Source of the DNA: Treponema sp.
GTDB taxonomy: Bacteria; Spirochaetota; Spirochaetia; Treponematales; Breznakiellaceae
Assembly (NCBI GenBank): GCA_009777335.1
Contig: WRMC01000010.1
Span: forward strand, 31,890 to 95,889
DNA length: 64,000 bases
Direction of reading: 5' to 3'
A model generated the notes under the pieces. The model made no database searches and was not told where the DNA came from. It worked only from the letters and a program-made list of their open reading frames with translations. This document shows positions 53,820 to 62,242 of the stretch, piece by piece (within the stretch, counting starts at the first letter, position 1; every line of letters begins with the position of its first letter). A program made the position numbers and the translations under genes.

Positions 53820-54500
53820 TTAACGGGTTTTTTCTACCCCGATTTTTTGGCAGTGTTTGGGGATCACACAGAGGGAGCAGTAGGGGCTCAGGGGCCGGCA
53901 GATCCTCTGGCCGTAAAATACAAGCAGGTAGTTGAGGCTCTTCCAATAGCTCCTGGGAAGGATCTTCCTTAGTTGAAATTCGGTTTCTTCGGGGCTTAAG
54001 GTGGATAACCATCCTGCCCGGTTACAGATCCTATGGACGTGGATGTCCACGCAGATGGCATCGATGTCAAAGGCCTCGGAGAGAACCAGGTTAGCGGTTT
54101 TACGGCCCACCCCGGGAAGCTCCAAAAGGGCATCCAGATCATCCGGTACCTGGCCCTGGTATTTTTCGATTAAGATGGCGGCGATCTTGCTTAACTGAGC
54201 TGCCTTGTTGTTGTAGAAGCCCACAGGATAGGCCAGTCTGGCGGTTTCTTTGGTTCCTATGGACAGCAGCTCCGCCGGCCCGGTGGCCTTGGCCAATAAA
54301 CGCTGGGAGCTGCTTCGGGTTACCTCGTCCTTGGTCCTTAGGCTTAGGATGGTGGCTACCAAGATAGCCCAGGGAATGTTGTCTATTCCTTTAAAGGCCT
54401 CTTTCCTTACCGCCGGCTGGTCATCGTCACTGCCGGTGATGGTCTTATTTCGCCAGCCATCGAGGCTGGTAAAGATGCTCTTCCATGGAGGGGATTTCAT
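53820..54500 (-). CDS. nth: endonuclease III
   Basis: HhH-GPD motif LELPGVGRKTANLVL, catalytic-region DIHVHR, and a C-terminal 4Fe-4S ligand spacing of C-x6-C-x2-C-x5-C (CRPLSPYCSLCVIPKHC). Confidence 0.9.
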   Translation of the reverse strand: MKSPPWKSIFTSLDGWRNKTITGSDDDQPAVRKEAFKGIDNIPWAILVATILSLRTKDEVTRSSSQRLLAKATGPAELLSIGTKETARLAYPVGFYNNKAAQLSKIAAILIEKYQGQVPDDLDALLELPGVGRKTANLVLSEAFDIDAICVDIHVHRICNRAGWLSTLSPEETEFQLRKILPRSYWKSLNYLLVFYGQRICRPLSPYCSLCVIPKHCQKIGVEKTR

Positions 54501-54509
54501 TAAGATGGT

Positions 54510-55019
54510 TTATCGGGATTCGAGACGGGTAAAGATCATGGTCTCTACTTCATCCTTGGACTTCCTCAGAGAGCAGGAAATTTCATCCCCCAGAAGCTTC
54601 AGGGCCGAATCGTAGAGCTTCCTCTCTAAAATGGGGAGCTCCTTTACTTTGCTCCTATGGTAGAGGGATCGGACTATGGTCGCTATATCGATGACGCTGC
54701 CTTTTTTTAACAGCTCCATGTTCATCTGGTAGCGGAGCTTCCAGTCCGAAGGGATGGGTTCATAATCTTCGCTTATCAGTTCCAGGGCCTTGAGCGCTTC
54801 GTCCTTGGGCACTATGGGGCGTATGCCTAGCCCAAAGGCCTTGTCCACCGGGACCATGATGGTCATGTCCGAAACTTCCAGGTAAATTACATAGTAGGGA
54901 ACCTTATCATCTTTGAACTTTTTTTCTTCGATGGATTTGACTATCCCCACTCCCTGGCTTGGATAAACCACCCGCTGATCTACCAGAAAGTTTTTTGGTG
55001 CTCTGCTCGTCTTTGCCAT
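54510..55019 (-). CDS. carD: CarD/CdnL-family RNA polymerase-binding regulator
   Basis: The start is at MAKTSRA (55019). The N-terminal Tudor-like region reads VDQRVVYPSQGVGIVKSIEEKKF. Confidence 0.85.
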   Translation of the reverse strand: MAKTSRAPKNFLVDQRVVYPSQGVGIVKSIEEKKFKDDKVPYYVIYLEVSDMTIMVPVDKAFGLGIRPIVPKDEALKALELISEDYEPIPSDWKLRYQMNMELLKKGSVIDIATIVRSLYHRSKVKELPILERKLYDSALKLLGDEISCSLRKSKDEVETMIFTRLESR

Positions 55020-55051
55020 AGTATCACTATAAAATACATAATGGATTAACA

Positions 55052-55070
55052 ATAGGGGTAAAACCCCTAT
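55052..55070 (-). terminator. hairpin 6 nt after the aldo/keto reductase stop (weak U-tract)
   Basis: ATAGGGG-taaaa-CCCCTAT, a 7-bp stem. On the minus strand it is followed by TGTTAATCC, so the U-tract is poor. Confidence 0.35.
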
Positions 55071-55075
55071 AGCTT

Positions 55076-56002
55076 TTACTGCCCGCTGACACAGTCCACA
55101 TTCCCGAACAAGGTATCAAGGCGTTCCAGGATGGGGGCCGGTAAGGGGGCTCCCTGAATAGATACCAGATTTTCTTTGAGGTGATCAAGATTACTGGTCC
55201 CGGTGAGTACCACATGGATCCCCCGGCTGTGCCGGCAAAACCGATAGGCCGCGTCCATGATGCTTGGGGCTACCCCATCCTGGGTGAGAAAGCCCAGGGG
55301 ATCCTCGCCCCCCAGCTCTGCTCCAGGTCCCTGACCGGAGGCAATAATTTTTTCTATGTCCTTTTTCAACTGCCCAGGGTTGGCCAGGGCCTGCCGGACC
55401 GCAAACATGCAGAGGACGCCCATGTTTTTTTCCTGGGCCAGGGGAAGGATTTTTTTCGCCGCCGAAGGGTTTAGTAAGTTATATCCCACCATGATAACAT
55501 CAAAGAGATTCTCCGGAATGGCCTGGCTCAGCATAAGGTGGGTGGTGTCCTGGGCAAAGACCTCGGTGATCCCTAAAAATCGTATCTTTCCCTCTTCCTG
55601 GGCCTTTTTCATCACCGGCAGAAAGGTGTCCCGGGCCCAGGGATAATCTTCGGGCCTCACCCCATGGAGATGATATATATCAACATAGTCGGTCCTTAGT
55701 TCTTTAAGGCTCTCTTCCAGGGTCTTTGTGAGGTCCTCCGCCGATTTTCCCCCGTAGGGGAACTTGGTGGAGAGCACATAGGAATCCCGGCTCTTTCCTT
55801 CCAGGCCCTGACCTACCGCCTTTTGGGTGCCATAGACCGTGGCGGTGTCAAAAAAAGTGACCCCATTATCGTAGGCACTGCGGACTATACCTGCAGCATG
55901 ATCCAGTCCCAGCTTCTCTATTCCCAGCCGGGAAAAGCCGCCGCAGCCCAATCCTGCGATGGTAACCTCTAAACCTGTTCGTCCCAGTGTTACTTTCTGC
56001 AT
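55076..56002 (-). CDS. aldo/keto reductase
   Basis: The start at MQKVTLGRTGLEV (56002) has the SD GGGGGAT. Motifs are GLGCGG, FFDTATVYG and YVDIYHLHG. Confidence 0.85.
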   Translation of the reverse strand: MQKVTLGRTGLEVTIAGLGCGGFSRLGIEKLGLDHAAGIVRSAYDNGVTFFDTATVYGTQKAVGQGLEGKSRDSYVLSTKFPYGGKSAEDLTKTLEESLKELRTDYVDIYHLHGVRPEDYPWARDTFLPVMKKAQEEGKIRFLGITEVFAQDTTHLMLSQAIPENLFDVIMVGYNLLNPSAAKKILPLAQEKNMGVLCMFAVRQALANPGQLKKDIEKIIASGQGPGAELGGEDPLGFLTQDGVAPSIMDAAYRFCRHSRGIHVVLTGTSNLDHLKENLVSIQGAPLPAPILERLDTLFGNVDCVSGQ

Positions 56003-56118
56003 AGATCCCCCATTATATAGTCCCCCCATGGTACCGGGGTTTGGGATATTTTTCAACCTCAAGACCAAATCCCTTGCATAAAGGAGTAAAAGGTATCATG
56101 ATAAAAGGGAGGTACATT

Positions 56119-56280
56119 ATGAAAAAATTTGTATGTGGTGTCTGCGGTTATGTCTATGATCCCGCCGAAGGGGATTCTGCCGGGGGAGTAAGCCCCGGTA
56201 CCGCCTTCGAAGACCTTCCTGCCGAATGGGTCTGCCCCCTCTGCGGTGCGGATAAAGAAGAATTTTCCGAACAGGACTAG
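56119..56280 (+). CDS. rubredoxin
   Basis: The start at [15 protein letters not shown] has the SD GGGAGG. There are two CxxC pairs (CGVCG and CPLCG) with the WVCP motif. Confidence 0.92.
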   Translation: MKKFVCGVCGYVYDPAEGDSAGGVSPGTAFEDLPAEWVCPLCGADKEEFSEQD

Positions 56281-56286
56281 GAGCCT

Positions 56287-56649
56287 GTGCTTTCCCGGGA
56301 AGATTTTATCTTTACCATAGGCTACGATGGACCTGCGGCGGTAGTGGACAACCAGGCCAAACGCCGCTACGCCAAGCTTTCTACCCGCGAACTGGCAGAA
56401 AGGGGCCTTTTTAGGGCCGCCTATTCCTCTGCCCTCTATTCCCGGAATACGGGGGAACTGCAAAGCGTTATCGAGGCCTACAACCACCTGGGGAGCAGCT
56501 CCCCCGATTTTACTCCCATAGAATTAAACGAGGCCGACCTGGCCAAGTTTAATTCCCCCGGGGAGGGCCCCGAAGAAAGCGCTATTACCCCCCTGGATCG
56601 CCTTTTTGGGGTCTTTCTGGTGGATGTAAAGCGGACCATATCCCTCTAG
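56287..56649 (+). CDS. hypothetical protein (120 aa), GTG start
   Basis: The GTG lies 7 nt after the rubredoxin stop and is preceded by AGGAG. I recognised no family. Confidence 0.5.
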   Translation: MLSREDFIFTIGYDGPAAVVDNQAKRRYAKLSTRELAERGLFRAAYSSALYSRNTGELQSVIEAYNHLGSSSPDFTPIELNEADLAKFNSPGEGPEESAITPLDRLFGVFLVDVKRTISL

Positions 56650-56721
56650 GCCCAGGCTCATTGACCCTCCAATTCCCTCTATGTTATCCTTTGGTCATAT
56701 TTTCGAAGTAAGGATGTATAC

Positions 56722-57135
56722 ATGAATTCATTTATAGTCTCGTTGGGATCCTTGGCTCCCCTCATGGCTCCGGCCCCAGGGGCGGAACCTGCCAATCCCA
56801 TGCTCAACTTCCTCCCCCTTATAGCAATTGTAGCTATATTTTATTTCCTCATCCTCCGCCCCCAGAGTAAGAAGCAAAAAGAAACCCAAAAGATGCTTGC
56901 GGCCTTAAAAAAGGGCGACAAGGTAGTTACCATAGGGGGGATCCATGGGGTTGTTCAGAGCCTCAGGGACCAAACGGTCATCGTTAAAGTAGATTCTAAC
57001 TTAAAGCTCGAATTTAACCGGGGGGCCATCAACAACATTACCGGTTCGGTTAAGGATGATCGGGTAGAAAAAAAGATTGAATCCCAGGTTGATGACGAAG
57101 ACGATGATAATGATGAGGATGCTGACAACGAATAG
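56722..57135 (+). CDS. yajC: preprotein translocase subunit YajC with acidic C-terminal tail
   Basis: IAIVAIFYFLILRPQSKKQKE...KKGDKVVTIGGIHGVV matches YajC. The tail reads DDEDDDNDEDADNE. Confidence 0.88.
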   Translation: MNSFIVSLGSLAPLMAPAPGAEPANPMLNFLPLIAIVAIFYFLILRPQSKKQKETQKMLAALKKGDKVVTIGGIHGVVQSLRDQTVIVKVDSNLKLEFNRGAINNITGSVKDDRVEKKIESQVDDEDDDNDEDADNE

Positions 57136-57162
57136 ACCCTCGTTCTTCCATGGAGCTAAGTA

Positions 57163-58905
57163 ATGAATAAACGCTATCGCTTGATCATAATCCTGGCGAT
57201 TATGGCCCTCTGTTTTGTATTCCTTCTTCCGACCATACGCTGGTATTTTTGGACCCCCACCCTGGATCAGACCAGGGCCCTGGGTTCCCGGGAACAGATC
57301 CGGACCTATACCATCCAGGTTGCCCAGGGAGATCTGGAGCAGCTCATAGAGGCAGCCCGAAGGGAAGATCCCCTTCCTGAGGGGCTAGAGTTCCTCATCC
57401 CCATAGCCCGGCGGACCTATAGGGATGCCCGGCAGAGGGCCCCCGATGTATGGGATGCCCGGACCGTGCTGGGTACCTTTGCTTCCCGGCAGGAAGCTCT
57501 GGAAACAATCGAAGCCCATTACCGGGAGAACATCTTCACCCTGAAGGATCTCCAGCGCAATGCGGTGCAGCTTGGGCTGGACCTCTCCGGGGGCCTCAGC
57601 ATAGTCTTGCAAGCCGACATGCAGGCCCTGCAGGAAAGGGCCGGCCGCTCCATCACCGAGGCTGACCGAGAAGACGCCATAGAACGGGCCCTGGAGGTCT
57701 TGAACAACCGCATAGACCGCTTTGGTCTTACCGAGCCCATCATCCGCCGGCAGGGGGCCGATCAGATTTACGTGGAAATTCCCGGTACCGCCGACCCGGA
57801 ACGGATCAACGATATCATCATGGGAAGGGGCAGTTTGGCCTTCCATATCGTAGATGAAGAAGCGACCATAGCATTTAACAACTACTATAATGCTCAGCCG
57901 AATTCCACCTTCGACGCCCAGGGGGAGCTGTTAAACCCCTCCATAGTTCCTCCCGATGTGATCATCCGGGGGGTCTACGACCGGGACGGTTACGGCCTGG
58001 ACGTACAGCGCCGTAACGCCTGGGGGAACCCAGATTACGTGGCAATCAAACGGGAAGTAGGCCTGGACGGCAATCATATCAGGGATGTGAATATTAACCG
58101 GAACCAGGTAGACGGCAGGCCGGTGGTAAACTTCTACCTTACCTCCGAGGGGGGGGATATCTTCTATCTTTTAACCTCGGCGAATGTAGAAAAACCCATG
58201 GCCATAGTGCTGGAAGACCGGGTCAGGTCCCAGGCCCTCATTAGGACCGCCATCAGAGACGCCGTATCCCTGGAGGGTTTTGGTTCCGACGAGGCATCCA
58301 ACATTGCGGCCATCCTAAGAACTGCCGCCTTGCCGGTAGAACTGGAAGTAATTAGTCAGCAGTCCATAGGAGCCACCCTTGGGGCCGATACCATACAGCA
58401 GGGTCTTAACGCCCTTCTCTTTGGCATCCTGGCGGTTCTCATCTTCATGGTCATCTATTATAAGTCTGCGGGGATAAATGCCATCGTGGCCCAGCTCTTA
58501 AACTTCTATATTATGTTCAGCATCCTTTCGGCCTTTAACTTTACGATAACCCTGCCCAGTATAGCCGGCTTCATTCTCACCATAGGGATGGCCACCGATG
58601 CAAACGTGCTCATCTTTGAACGCATGAAGGAAGAGCTAAGGGCAGGCAAGAGCCGCAAGGCCGCCATCGAGGGGGGCTTTGACAAGGCCTTCTGGGCCAT
58701 CATGGACGCCAACATTACCACCTTTATTGCCGCCCTTTTCTTGTCCCAGTTAGGGACCGGTCCCATCCGGGGCTTTGCGGTCTGCTTGGCCATAGGGGTC
58801 TTTTCTTCGGTGTTTACCTCCCTTTTTGTATCCCGGCTTATTTTCGATTTCAGTACCGATGTACTGGGGAGCAAGAAGCTTTCAGTCAGTTGGTTTATTA
58901 AGTAG
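57163..58905 (+). CDS. secD: protein translocase subunit SecD
   Basis: An N-terminal TM segment, a large periplasmic domain (LGLDLSGG), and a C-terminal 5-TM bundle with GMATDANVLIFERMKEE. Confidence 0.92.
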   Translation: MNKRYRLIIILAIMALCFVFLLPTIRWYFWTPTLDQTRALGSREQIRTYTIQVAQGDLEQLIEAARREDPLPEGLEFLIPIARRTYRDARQRAPDVWDARTVLGTFASRQEALETIEAHYRENIFTLKDLQRNAVQLGLDLSGGLSIVLQADMQALQERAGRSITEADREDAIERALEVLNNRIDRFGLTEPIIRRQGADQIYVEIPGTADPERINDIIMGRGSLAFHIVDEEATIAFNNYYNAQPNSTFDAQGELLNPSIVPPDVIIRGVYDRDGYGLDVQRRNAWGNPDYVAIKREVGLDGNHIRDVNINRNQVDGRPVVNFYLTSEGGDIFYLLTSANVEKPMAIVLEDRVRSQALIRTAIRDAVSLEGFGSDEASNIAAILRTAALPVELEVISQQSIGATLGADTIQQGLNALLFGILAVLIFMVIYYKSAGINAIVAQLLNFYIMFSILSAFNFTITLPSIAGFILTIGMATDANVLIFERMKEELRAGKSRKAAIEGGFDKAFWAIMDANITTFIAALFLSQLGTGPIRGFAVCLAIGVFSSVFTSLFVSRLIFDFSTDVLGSKKLSVSWFIK

Positions 58906-58911
58906 GTTTAT

Positions 58912-60123
58912 ATGAAGCGTATATTAATCTTTTCAAGATACTTTATTCCTGCGGCCATAGTCTCTGTCATTTTTATTACCCTTGGGGTCCTGGGCTTCTT
59001 TAGAATGGGCTTTAACCTGGGCATAGACTTCCAGCCCGGGCTTTTGCAAGAGGTTCAGTTTGCCCCCACCGCCCTTAACCTTACCTACGAGGGGCCAGGG
59101 AATGCCAACATAATCTTGAGCCGTAACGCCATCGAGATCGTGATCTCCGGGGCGGTGGTTGACGAGGTTACCCACACCTTCCCCTTTTCCCAGTACACCA
59201 CCCAGGGTGCCCTGGCCCAGGGATTCAGAGCTATCGAAGGCCTATCTATCGAACAGGTTGCAGCGGCGTCCATTCAAACGACCTGGTTCCTCCAGAGTGC
59301 CCAGAGCAGTCCCCGGCTGGATGCTCAAAACCCCTTTAGGATCCACTACCTTCCCCCCAACGCCGCTCCGGTAGATATCGCCGATGTAAGGGCCAGTTTA
59401 CTTCCCCTGGGCAATGCCTCGGTGCAGGTCCTGGGGACCCCGGCAGAGCGGCGCTACATGATCCGCATGGAAGACGGAAACTTTGGCATAGGCGGAGGGG
59501 GCGAACTGGTGGTCTCGGCTCTGGAAGACCGCTTTGGCCAGGGCGAAGTGGCGGTAACCCGGTCCGACTTTGTGGGGGCCCGGTTCGCCCAGCAGTTGGC
59601 CGATCAGGCCATGCTCCTCTTGGGGGCCACCTTGCTTCTTATCTTGGGCTACTGTACCTTCCGGTTTAAATTCCAGTATGCCCTGGGGGCGGTTATTGCG
59701 ATCCTCCATAATGCCCTCATCATGGTTACCTTTATCGTCTGGTCCCGGATGGAGTTTAACACCACCACCATAGCGGCGATCCTGACAGTCCTTGGGTACT
59801 CGATCAACGATACAGTAGTCGTCTTTGACCGGATGAAAGAGACCCGGCGGATCTACCCCGATGATCCCTTCGTGGATGTCATTAACCGGGCCCTCAGCGA
59901 GACCCTGTCCAGGACCATCATTACCACCGTGTCTACCATGCTGGCGGTGGCCAGTTTATACATTTTTACCTCCGGGTCCATGCAGGACTTTGCCGCCGCC
60001 CTTATGGTGGGTATGGCTACCGGGGTCTATGCCACCATCTTTATCGCTATGGGCTTTGTCTATCTTTGGGAGATCCAGACCCAGAAAAAGGTACGCCGAA
60101 GGTATGAAGAAGTAAGCGCTTAA
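58912..60123 (+). CDS. secF: protein translocase subunit SecF (long periplasmic loop)
   Basis: GFNLGIDFQPG, GYSINDTVVVFDRMKE and a C-terminal TM bundle. About 195 aa lie between TM1 and TM2. Confidence 0.9.
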   Translation: MKRILIFSRYFIPAAIVSVIFITLGVLGFFRMGFNLGIDFQPGLLQEVQFAPTALNLTYEGPGNANIILSRNAIEIVISGAVVDEVTHTFPFSQYTTQGALAQGFRAIEGLSIEQVAAASIQTTWFLQSAQSSPRLDAQNPFRIHYLPPNAAPVDIADVRASLLPLGNASVQVLGTPAERRYMIRMEDGNFGIGGGGELVVSALEDRFGQGEVAVTRSDFVGARFAQQLADQAMLLLGATLLLILGYCTFRFKFQYALGAVIAILHNALIMVTFIVWSRMEFNTTTIAAILTVLGYSINDTVVVFDRMKETRRIYPDDPFVDVINRALSETLSRTIITTVSTMLAVASLYIFTSGSMQDFAAALMVGMATGVYATIFIAMGFVYLWEIQTQKKVRRRYEEVSA

Positions 60124-60140
60124 ATTTGCGGATCTAGTCA

Positions 60141-61043
60141 ATGAAGCTAATCCGGGCAGAAGTTCTTGGTTTTTGCATGGGAGTCCGCCGGGCGGTAGAA
60201 ATGGCCCATGGAGCCCTGGACCAGCCTTCCCCTGGGGGGGTCTACTCTTTGGGCCCCCTGATCCATAATCCCCGGGTCTTAAAGGAACTAAAAGACCGGG
60301 GGCTCAAAATCCTGGGCGAAGAGGATGAAGCCCCTCCCCATTCGACGATCCTTATCCGGGCCCATGGTCTGAGCCCCCAGGCGGAAGCCCATCTTACCCG
60401 GGACCAGGTACAGATCCTGGATGCCACCTGCCCCCATGTAAAGGCCAACCAAAAGCTGGCCCAGGAATATGCCTCCCGTAATTTCTGGATCTTTTTGGCA
60501 GGAGAAGCTGATCACGCCGAGATCGTCGGAATAAAAGCCTATGGGGGAACCGAACGTTGTACTGTCATAGCGGACCGCCAGGAGGCTGAGGGAGCTGCCA
60601 GGGATCTTTTACAGAGGGCTGGTTCTGTCGATTCTCTTGGCCCCCAGGTTCTTATAGGCCAAACCACCATCAGCCCCCAGGAGTACCAGGCCATAGGGGA
60701 GGGCCTTAGGGAATATTTTCCCGGCCTTGTTATCACCCACACTATCTGCGGGGCCACCTCGGAGAGGCAGGGGGCCCTGGAAAAACTCTGCCGCTCCTCC
60801 GATGCCATCATCATTGCCGGGGGGAAAGAATCGGCCAACACCCACCGGCTTTATACCGCAGCCCGCTTACGGGGCTTGCCGGCCTGGATAGCCGAGTCCC
60901 CCCAGGACATTCCGCCGGAAATAGCAGAGTATGCTGTCATAGGGCTCTGTGCAGGGGCCTCCAGCCCAGAGGCCCTGGTGGGGGAAATAGAAGAGGCCCT
61001 CATCCTGGCCTATGGGGCAGTAAGAGAGCCGGTTGAACCCTAA
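60141..61043 (+). CDS. ispH: 4-hydroxy-3-methylbut-2-enyl diphosphate reductase
   Basis: GFCMGVRRAV, IHNPRV, DATCPHV and the conserved Cys in HTICGAT. Confidence 0.88.
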   Translation: MKLIRAEVLGFCMGVRRAVEMAHGALDQPSPGGVYSLGPLIHNPRVLKELKDRGLKILGEEDEAPPHSTILIRAHGLSPQAEAHLTRDQVQILDATCPHVKANQKLAQEYASRNFWIFLAGEADHAEIVGIKAYGGTERCTVIADRQEAEGAARDLLQRAGSVDSLGPQVLIGQTTISPQEYQAIGEGLREYFPGLVITHTICGATSERQGALEKLCRSSDAIIIAGGKESANTHRLYTAARLRGLPAWIAESPQDIPPEIAEYAVIGLCAGASSPEALVGEIEEALILAYGAVREPVEP

Positions 61044-61069
61044 CTATCAAGCAAGGTATTATCCCTTCC

Positions 61070-62209
61070 ATGGAAGGTACTAAGCTTTTAATCATTATTC
61101 CCACCTACAACGAAGCAGAAAATATAGGGCTCCTTATAGAGTCCCTTTTTAAGCTGACCCTTCCTCCAGAAATCGATCTAAACATCCTGATAATCGATGA
61201 CAGCTCCCCCGATGGTACAGGAGACCTGGCAAAGTCCCTGGTCCCCTCATACCCAGGAAAACTGCAGGTAGAAATCCGCCCGGGCAAGCAGGGGGGTGCT
61301 TCGGCATTTCTTAGGGGTTTCTCCCGGGGGCTCGAAGAGGGTTACGATCTTTTCCTGGCCATGGATGCGGACTTCTCCCACAATCCTGTCTATATACCCC
61401 GGATGCTGGAAGAAATAAAAACCCATGATCTGGTCATAGGCTCCCGGAATGTTAAGGGGGGCTCCATAGAAAACCGTTCCTTCCTAAGGGATCTCATTAC
61501 CAAGGCAGCGGCCCTTTACTGCCGCATCTGTCTTGGCTGCCCCCTCAGGGATTTTACCGCCGGCTTTAACCTCTACCGGAAAGTTATTTTTCAAGCGATA
61601 AAACCCGAATCGATAATCTGCCGGGCCTACTCCTTTCAGATTGAGATCAAGTATAAAGTTTTTTGTCAGGGGTTCAGGATTAAAGAGATCCCCATCATGT
61701 TTCCCGACCGTCTCCGGGGGGTATCAAAAATGTCCCGTAAGTTTTTATTTGATGCCCTCTTTGATGTGTGGAAGATAAAAAAAATGAAGTCCAGGGATAC
61801 CCCGCTGGATCAGTTTATAATGTTTGCCATCACCGGGGGGCTGGGAACCATCAGCAACCTGGTTCTGTTTTTTTTCTTCGCCGACCTCCTGGCCATCAGC
61901 GCCAACCCGGTAAGCATAGGCTGTTTTTTAATTGCGGGGACCCAGAATTACATCCTCAACCACCGCTGGTCCTTTAGACAGCTTACTGGGGGGGAAAAAC
62001 CCAGTGTTAAAAAGTGGCTCCTCTTTTTGGCTGCCGCCACCGGGGGCCTTAGCATAAATCTTATCATCTTAAACTCAATGCTTCATTTTTTTGATCTCCC
62101 CTATAAATTTATTGCCCAGGCTGTGGGTATCCTGGCGGGGATGCTGATTAACTATTCCCTCGCAAAGTACATGGTTTTTAGGAAGAAGAAGACCCTTTCC
62201 CCGCATTGA
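61070..62209 (+). CDS. GT2 polyprenyl-phosphate glycosyltransferase (Dpm1/PpmS-like) fused to a GtrA-like membrane domain
   Basis: The N-terminus reads LIIIPTYNEAENI, IIDDSSPDGT and MDADFSH. The C-terminal 130 aa have four TM helices in a GtrA-like pattern (FAITGGLGTISNLVLFFFF). Confidence 0.8.
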   Translation: MEGTKLLIIIPTYNEAENIGLLIESLFKLTLPPEIDLNILIIDDSSPDGTGDLAKSLVPSYPGKLQVEIRPGKQGGASAFLRGFSRGLEEGYDLFLAMDADFSHNPVYIPRMLEEIKTHDLVIGSRNVKGGSIENRSFLRDLITKAAALYCRICLGCPLRDFTAGFNLYRKVIFQAIKPESIICRAYSFQIEIKYKVFCQGFRIKEIPIMFPDRLRGVSKMSRKFLFDALFDVWKIKKMKSRDTPLDQFIMFAITGGLGTISNLVLFFFFADLLAISANPVSIGCFLIAGTQNYILNHRWSFRQLTGGEKPSVKKWLLFLAAATGGLSINLIILNSMLHFFDLPYKFIAQAVGILAGMLINYSLAKYMVFRKKKTLSPH

Positions 62210-62242
62210 ACAGGTTTTTTCTTTTGTATATGATGGGTGCAC

